Source: Girardia tigrina
Taxonomy: Eukaryota
Direction of reading: 5' to 3'
Assembly (NCBI GenBank): GCA_001938485.1
Contig: MQRK01240728.1
Coordinates: 25,036-82,450, forward strand
Length of the DNA: 57,415 bases
Shown here: positions 49,541-57,415 of the stretch, piece by piece
How the letters are laid out: each line of letters begins with the position of its first letter
Position numbering within the stretch: position 1 is the first letter of the stretch
Position numbers and translations under genes: made by a program
Notes under the pieces: generated by a model
The model's database searches: none
What the model was told of the DNA's origin: nothing
Seen by the model: the letters and a program-made list of their open reading frames with translations, nothing else

Positions 49541-50709
49541 CGAAATTATTCGTGTCTGAAATATTTATTGTTTCGGAATTTTTAATATAAAATTTTATTT
49601 GTATTATTTTTTAATTTTGAATTATATTCGAATCCTCTCCTCAAGTCACAAGTCTTTTAATCATTCGTTTTCAAAAGAATTCAATTCTTTTCGTGATATA
49701 CTATTAGCTAAATTTTATATCCGAATGGCAATTTGCTAAATTACTTGCCGCTTTAAATTTATATATAAGAGATGAATGTATATGTAAATATATTAGATTA
49801 ATGTAAAGAAAATTAAAGAATTTAGTAAATTAAATATAAATTCGATCCAATTAATTAATTATTAAAAGAAATAGAAAAAAAATAAAAAAAATTATTAAAA
49901 TTGAAAAAATTCATTAATAATCATTTTAAAATTATTATTATTGTTGTCATGTCTCATCGAGTCAAATTTTAATAAATTTGTGATTTTTCATGGTGTGAGA
50001 ATAAGAATTGTTAAATCGATTGGTTTGCTCTGTTTGATTTTCCAATCAGAGTGAGCCTCATGAGGCATTTGAGTGATTTAAAATCACAATATATCAATTC
50101 TGACACCGAAAGCGACTTATGAATACTGTTGAATTTTATCGAATGTTGATTTGTTTTGCGATTGCGAATATTATTTTGGTGATTAGAAATTAAATTTGTC
50201 GAAGATTTCATGATAATTGTTGAATTTTAAATTGTGATTTTTTTAGTGTCAATTATTAATAGAAGTGAATTTTTTATAAAAGAGTAATAGTTTTTTTAAT
50301 ATAAAACCAAAATTCAACGAATCTCCTGGAAAAAAATGTGATGAACAAATTAATGAAATGATTAATTGTTTAACAAACTGAAGGTGAATTTTGTTTGTTT
50401 CGAGTAAAGTGTCGGGAAATTGAAATTGTTGATCGAAATATGCATGTACCCTGTTGAGAATTTTTAATTTTAATTTTCTGTATATAAGGTATATCGGTCA
50501 AAATTCATTATTGATTTTTTAATATTAGTAGGTTTTCAAGTCGAATTTTGTAGTCGAAATTTTAATTTCTAATCATGATTACAATAAATTCAAATAGGAA
50601 TAATTTAACTTAATATTTTTGGCTCAGTATTTGTTGTTTGATTGATACATATATTGGCTATTGAACATATCAATAAAAAATAATAATAATAATCATAATC
50701 AGTATTTTA

Positions 50710-52620
50710 AAAAAATCGAAAAAGCAGAAATTCGAACTACTATGAAGTACGAGTTTTTACGTGAAATATCAGCATCAGAAACCATGCTAAACATCAATAG
50801 TGTATTCGATACAATGCTACTATGCAGCAGATAATCTCAAATTGATTCAGGAAATTCGTGAAAGGTAATTTTAACAACAAAAATGAGTCTCGAAGTCATC
50901 CAGGAACACAGGTAGACAATAGCGAACTGAAGGTAACCCTAGAGACGGATCCATTACAAAGTGTTAATGGTTTATCGCTAACGTTTGCTGATACAAAGAA
51001 AACAATATTGAATTACTTGGCTCAAATTTGTAAAGTGAAAAAGTTGGATTAAACATGAGTTGAAAGAAAAGAAGAAACAGAAGCATTTGAATACTAACTC
51101 GATGATGCTTTATCGTTATAAATGTGATCATTTTTAAATACAATCGTCACTTGTTATGAAGGTGGGTTTTATATTAGGTTGTTCGATATGAAACGGGTCA
51201 AAATTAAAGTAAAATGTAAATCGATTTTTTTTAAATAATAACATTTTATTTTTAATCAAAATATCCCCCCATGTTGTCAACACACTGTTGCCATTTCAAT
51301 GGTAACACATTTAACCCTTTAGTATAAAACACTGATTCACGAGAGCCAATGAATTCTTGAAAGGCCGTTTTCACAGCCCCCGAAGAAGTGAAATTTTTCC
51401 CCGACAAGAAGTTGTCCAANNNNNNNNNNNNNNNNNNNNNNNNNNNNNNNNNNNNNNNNNNNNNNNNNNNNNNNNNNNNNNNNNNNNNNNNNNNNNNNNN
51501 NNNNNNNNNNNNNNNNNNNNNNNNNNNNNNNNNNNNNNNNNNNNNNNNNNNNNNNNNNNNNNNNNNNNNNNNNNNNNNNNNNNNNNNNNNNNNNNNNNNN
51601 NNNNNNNNNNNNNNNNNNNNNNNNNNNNNNNNNNNNNNNNNNNNNNNNNNNNNNNNNNNNNNNNNNNNNNNNNNNNNNNNNNNNNNNNNNNNNNNNNNNN
51701 NNNNNNNNNNNNNNNNNNNNNNNNNNNNNNNNNNNNNNNNNNNNNNNNNNNNNNNNNNNNNNNNNNNNNNNNNNNNNNNNNNNNNNNNNNNNNNNNNNNN
51801 NNNNNNNNNNNNNNNNNNNNNNNNNNNNNNNNNNNNNNNNNNNNNNNNNNNNNNNNNNNNNNNNNNNNNNNNNNNNNNNNNNNNNNNNNNNNNNNNNNNN
51901 NNNNNNNNNNNNNNNNNNNNNNNNNNNNNNNNNNNNNNNNNNNNNNNNNNNNNNNNNNNNNNNNNNNNNNNNNNNNNNNNNNNNNNNNNNNNNNNNNNNN
52001 NNNNNNNNNNNNNNNNNNNNNNNNNNNNNNNNNNNNNNNNNNNNNNNNNNNNNNNNNNNNNNNNNNNNNNNNNNNNNNNNNNNNNNNNNNNNNNNNNNNN
52101 NNNNNNNNNNNNNNNNNNNNNNNNNNNNNNNNNNNNNNNNNNNNNNNNNNNNNNNNNNNNNNNNNNNNNNNNNNNNNNNNNNNNNNNNNNNNNNNNNNNN
52201 NNNNNNNNNNNNNNNNNNNNNNNNNNNNNNNNNNNNNNNNNNNNNNNNNNNNNNNNNNNNNNNNNNNNNNNNNNNNNNNNNNNNNNNNNNNNNNNNNNNN
52301 NNNNNNNNNNNNNNNNNNNNNNNNNNNNNTATCTGTCAAGAAATACCTTATTTATTTTCATACGATAGTTCAAAGTTAAGTTATACGCGATTGAAATGTA
52401 AGGTGTGAAGTTTGACCCGTTTCATATCGAACAACCTAATATTATAATTTCAAACGTTCAGCAAGCTAATTGAACACAAAGAAAGCACCAAAGTACCATC
52501 CAAAGCAGAAAATTCATTAAAATAAGCTAATAGTGAGAGTATGGTTGTCTGAAGCAGGTATAATCTACGAAACCTAGTCCGTCAATCACAGCAAATGTAT
52601 ACTGCAACCAGTGTGACTAT
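50710..52620 (+). mobile_element. Old degenerate mariner (host of a nested insertion)
   Basis: IRTTMKYEF..., SHPGTQVDNSELK, IVTCYE.WVL(Y)|YNFKRSA continues across the 51174-52439 insertion. Confidence 0.75.
51174..52439 (-). mobile_element. Young full-length mariner (interior mostly N gap)
   Basis: Perfect 29-bp TIRs TTAGGTTGTTCGATATGAAACGGGTCAAA, TA duplication, ~1.27 kb, C-terminus FYTKGLNVLPLKWQQCVDNMGGYFD. Confidence 0.92.
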
Positions 52621-52668
52621 GGAGCACAGTATTATTATTAAAGTACAAAAACACAACAATTAGAGCTT

Positions 52669-53921
52669 TTATGTCGGCAATTAAGTAATTGCCGATTTCG
52701 GTTATAGATATCTCTCACTCATATTTTTATGATATCCGCAGATGTTAAGAACTTCTTTTTATATATGTTAGCTATCATATTAACCTAGCTTTACATATTC
52801 ATTGCGTAGATATTTTCTTAAAGTTTTTTAAAGATTTCAATAATAATAATAATAGTAAGGGGTGCAAAGTGAGCATTTCTAACATATTTTACTTTATCAT
52901 TTCCGTAAATGAAAAAAAACGAAGTGTAAGCCGCCAAAAACTTACGTGATGTGTATGGTAAAGAAACCCTTAAAGACCGGGAATGCTGAAATTGGTTTAA
53001 AAATTCCGTTTTGTATATTTTTTTCTTAAAGATAAAAAAAAGATAAAAATGGGCTTAATAAAAATGAAAAACCCATCATCGAAGTGGATCATCATGTAAC
53101 TACACGGGAGAATGCAGAGAAGCTAAATGTTTCACATACATTGAAAAGCATTTAAAACGTGTCGATTTCGTTAGAAGCAGGATATTTGGGTTCCATATCA
53201 TTTGAAACAACTCCATCTGACAAATCCCATCAATGCTTGCAATTCAATGCTAAAACGCAATGAATTCGACCCTTCTTTAAAACGAAACATCATTGGAGAC
53301 TAAAAGTGGATTTTGTACAATAATTTCATTCGAAACCGATCATGGTGCGCGTCTAAGGAGTCATCTCGAACCACTTCCAAGGCAAATAACCATCAACAGA
53401 AAATTTTGTATTATATTTGGTTGGATTGGAAATGCCTGGTGTATTTTCAGATGTTTCGAGGGAACCAAACAATTAATTTGGAGGTATACTGTCGGCAACT
53501 GGACAAATTGAATACAGCGGTCATGAAACTACGACCAGAATTTATCAATCGTAAAGTATTCATTTTCCAACAGTTAATGACCTGAAGGAACTATAGACAC
53601 TGGACAAAAATTGATGAATATTAACTGGGAATCGATGTTGCACCCACCATATACCCCTGGTCTCGCACCATCGTCTTACCACTTATTTTGATCATGTCAT
53701 GATAAACTTTCAATGATGGCACTAAAAAAACCTCACTTTACTCAGTTTTGAGCCGAAAAGGATCATATTTTCTACGAACATGGAATTTTCAAGTTGTCAG
53801 CGAGATTGAAAAAGATCATCGAAGAAAATGGAAAATACATCATAGATTAAAGTTTATTCCAAGTAAATAAAATTCTTTTATTTCATTGAACAAACTGGTA
53901 ATTACTTAGTTGCTAACCCAA
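52669..53921 (+). mobile_element. Degenerate full-length mariner
   Basis: Imperfect TIRs GTCGGCAATTAAGTAATTGCCG / CTGGTAATTACTTAGTTGCTAACCCAA; WVPYHL, IIGD*KWILYNN and HPPYTPGLAPSSYHLF motifs. Confidence 0.88.
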
Positions 53922-55418
53922 TTTACTCAAGTGATTCAACAACTGATTTTTTAAAAAATCACGGATCTAGGGATAATGATTGATCATTTATAACAGATAA
54001 ACCGAAGAGTAACGCGTACTGTAAGTTTGTGCATCCATATCTGAAGCATGTGAGAGAATCGGATTCAGTATAATGTACATCAATGGAACTTATGATGTTA
54101 TTCGTACAGTCGAAAAGACTCATTTCAATTCATCGCTAGTATATTAGGTTACAGTTTAACAAAATCCCAATGTAGAACTTTTGAAATGCTAGTAATTAAA
54201 ATATATAAATAGTTTTACTTATTTTATAACTATTTCCCTTCATCTTTCTAAATTTAGATTTTTATTTTTAACTATTTTATAATACGGCATGTTAGATGTT
54301 TTTGGAACATCTTCCACACTATCAATATTAAAAGCCGACATCAGACTTTCAAATTTTATTTATCTACAAAAAAATTGTCTAATACTTTTTATTTACACAG
54401 ATTTAATGGAAATTTAATTCATTTATTTTTTTTTACTTTTGAGGAACTATTTATTTCACAAATCTCAAACCGGTATAATAAAAATAAATATCGTATATAA
54501 TAATCCATGTGACTTTTTTTTTAATTTCTGACAATTAAATAATTTCATTTTTGATTTAAATTTACGAAATTTTATCATAGTTAACATAACTTTATTTAGT
54601 TCTTGATTTTTTTAATTTTAAAATGATACTTTGAATTCAATTATTATTTCAAAAATTTCAAAAACATTTCATAAAAAATTCCTAACACGGTATTTATAAT
54701 TTATTGGAATTGTTGGGGAATGTATATATTTTATTTTTATTCTATTATTATTTTAATTTAATAAATGTATAATTAATAACATGAGTTGCTATTATTTAAT
54801 AACAAACCAACTTATATAATTTGCTACAACTTCATGATGTTGTTGCGTACTGCAAACTGAGTCATAAATAGAGATTTTGCTGGAACCGGAGACGCTAAAG
54901 AAATCAGATAAACATCAGCTTATCAGACACACTGTCGTGGTTCTTTTCCATTGTATATACTGCTATCTAAAATTCCATTCTTTATTTTATTTTATTTTCC
55001 GAAAGAATCAATATCCAAACCCTGGTCGCTATCAAGTAAGTTATCTGATTATCGAAATAAAAATTAAAATGGAATTCATTGATTTGATCTCAGAATAATC
55101 TATATAATAATCTATAATCATTATTAAATTATTAATTAGCAATCTGAGTAGGAGAGACACAATCTTAAATCAAAACACATCCTTCAAAAACATCAAATAT
55201 TCAAATATTCATAACAATGATAGTGTACCAAATGAAAACTGACAGATAAATGTGTTGTTGTAGTCATTTCGATGCATCTTGGTTGCAAGAGCGGGTGCAG
55301 CGGTTGCGTGGCAGCGACACTCCGCTGTTAGGGATCAGGCTTGGGATCGAAGGGAAACATAAACAACTAACGTTCGCGAATCCAAAGAATTACACTGAAC
55401 ATCAAGTAATCGAAGGCA

Positions 55419-55944
55419 GTCGTCAACGCCGTATTCAATCTTTATATCAATTAATTGATAATTTAAACTTCTCCCAATTTTTCTAAATTTTCAAAAATCG
55501 CGATTTTCATTTCAGACATAACTCTAACATCTTTTATAATCCGTTGCTTCGGCCCGATATTCAGTTCAGCAGCAACTAACTGCTCGTAAGACCATTGTGG
55601 ATCGTGATTGGCGTCATTTTTGAAAAACGTTTCTTGTTTAGTCGGAAAAAATTTATAATCCACAGGAATACCGATATTTCTCTTTAAAAAAGATCCTGTA
55701 GCGATCCTTCTCTTGACCCACTCAATTGGAATCATAATTTTTTTAGCAATAAAACTAGCATCGGAATGTTGCTTAATAAAATGACTTTTTATTCCATCAA
55801 AAAACAATATGAGTCACCGCTTCGCCTTCCATCGAGTAACTTCACACAGTCACCGTCGGTTATTTTGAATTTGGACACAATCAAGCACAAACCATCAAAA
55901 TACGTTATTTCATAAACCATCTTCGTTTTTCCCTCAATCAGCAT
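55419..55944 (-). pseudogene. PAICS: PAICS (SAICAR synthetase domain) fragment with frameshifts
   Basis: LIEGKTKMVYE, GIKSHF, MIPIEWVKRRIATGSFLKRN, ETFFKNDANHDPQWSYEQL, AIFENLEK, LIDIKIEYGVD. Confidence 0.9.
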
Positions 55945-56392
55945 TTTTATAACAATTACAAATTTTCTCGTTACTAATTGTTTGTAAACGACAATTTGTT
56001 AGATTAAATTTGTGTATGTTCGTTTGTGCATTTTACTAATTGTTAAAATTAGATACATATTATTATTTATTAGTCTACTATCATTCTAAACAGGTTCCTC
56101 AAACAATATTTGGTTTGGTAAACCTGTTTAGTTCTGCTTTTTTATAGTAAAAAATAATCGATTCATTTCACTAGAGACCGAAGGACGAATCTTTTATTTT
56201 TTTACATATATCTTACTTAATAAATGGAAATCAATTCTATACTCTCGTTTTCTTTGTAGATCTGCTTTGTGAATATGTTTTAAATAATTTGTTTTAAATG
56301 TCAAAACCATACAAGAATGATTTGCAAAACAAAATTGTAACAGAAAATTTTTCAAAAATATTACAAGAAATATGTCACTTAATATTTCCTAT

Positions 56393-56776
56393 AAGGCAGC
56401 AGGCACGCAAATTACCCAATACCGGTTCGGTGAGTTAGTGACAAAAAATAACAATATGGGCCCTAGTGGTTTCATAATTGCAATGAGAACATTTTAAATA
56501 CTTTATCGAGTATCAATTGGAGGGCAAGTCTGGTGCCAGCAGCCGCGGTAATTCCAGCTCCAATAGCGTATATTAAAGTTGTTTCAGTTAAAAAGCTCGT
56601 AGTTGAAATTGAGGAAAAAGATGGTTTGAAATCTACGATTGATAGCTATCTTGTCCTTCGACGTCGTGTATATCTTTGATGCTCTTTAATGGGTGTTGAG
56701 GATGACCGACAAGTTTACTTTGAAAAAATTAGAGTTCTTAAAGCAGGCTTATGCTTGCATATTGTTGCATGGAATA
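56393..56776 (+). rRNA. Isolated 18S rRNA fragment (pseudogenic)
   Basis: AAGGCAGCAGGC.CGCAAATTACCCAA, GGAGGGCAAGTCTGGTGCCAGCAGCCGCGGTAATTCCAGCTCCAATAGCGTATATTAAAGTTG, TTTACTTTGAAAAAATTAGAGT; flanks are not rDNA. Confidence 0.95.
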
Positions 56777-57019
56777 TGCAAACATTTCAAATACATTCCA
56801 GAATCGTGCATATTGATAAATTGTTGTCTGTTGATTAAAATGTTTCTTTAAAATCAGAACAAAACATTTAAATAATAAATAAAAATATATGGAAAATAAA
56901 ATTTTGTTGTTTTATTTTTAAATTAATAAATAAAAATATATGGAAAATAAAATTTTGTTGTTTTATTTTTAAATTTTGTCCGGTATTCTTCGAAGTTTCA
57001 ACTGGCAACCCTAAGTATG

Positions 57020-57415
57020 AGTACAAATGACCTCAAGACCCCGCGCAAGCACCCCAAACTGATATTGTCCGAACGTCTAGAAACTTGTTTCGGTTGCGAA
57101 GCTTCAGCCACATCACCTTTCGCAGCTCCTAATTCTGTACGAACTTTAAAAACAAACGACCGGGCGACTTTCAAAAATGTAGCAATTTCTTAATCGATTT
57201 ACCGACATTAATATTTTCCACGATCTCCATTCCTTTTGATTTATAATCGGCGCATATCAATTTGATCTTCAATGGCTCTTCCATAAACAATCCTGTTTGT
57301 CGTGTTCCCCTTGTTTCAACATTTTTTGTAAGCTCAGAGCCCCCATCCGTTTTTTAGTTAAACGGCAACTCTATCACGCAATTTACGCTTCAGTATCTTA
57401 ACACTACACTCATGG
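57020..57415 (-). mobile_element. Possible Tc1/mariner-superfamily 5' end (HTH region), degenerate
   Basis: Minus-strand frames give MEIVENINVGKS / EIATFLKVARSFVFKVR, an HTH-like N-terminus; cut by the window edge. Confidence 0.4.

Noticed and set aside
51252-52379. Long ORFs of 320-370 aa (also the ORFs at 41819-42099)
   Set aside because: They consist of N-gap translation; only the mariner C-terminus is real.

Overview
AT-rich eukaryotic (animal) genomic DNA with several N gaps. An embedded 18S rRNA fragment looks like triclad flatworm (planarian, Dugesiidae) 18S; this is recalled similarity, not a search result. Only one probably intact host gene is visible: a multi-exon TRAF-family gene (RING, Zn finger, long coiled coil, MATH; about 2218-11510), with a near-complete antisense Ty3/gypsy element in its first intron. 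The rest is a dense graveyard of mobile elements: gypsy fragments, Penelope (GIY-YIG) remnants with minimal hammerhead ribozymes, a Polinton/adintovirus-like fragment with an adenain protease, hAT, nested mariners and a MITE. Short, disabled host-gene pieces (SHPK, histone H2B, diaphanous formin twice, PAICS, 18S rRNA) are interspersed. The most unusual items are: (i) an LTR/PBS-bearing element carrying a gag stub, an env-like type I membrane glycoprotein and a REX4/ISG20-like DEDDh exonuclease ORF; (ii) an LTR/PBS(Pro) element followed by three similar small ORFs, each behind its own splice acceptor; (iii) a 30-bp tandem repeat whose copies differ almost only by G/A transitions, a possible deaminase footprint; (iv) an unexplained ~33-bp motif present three times.
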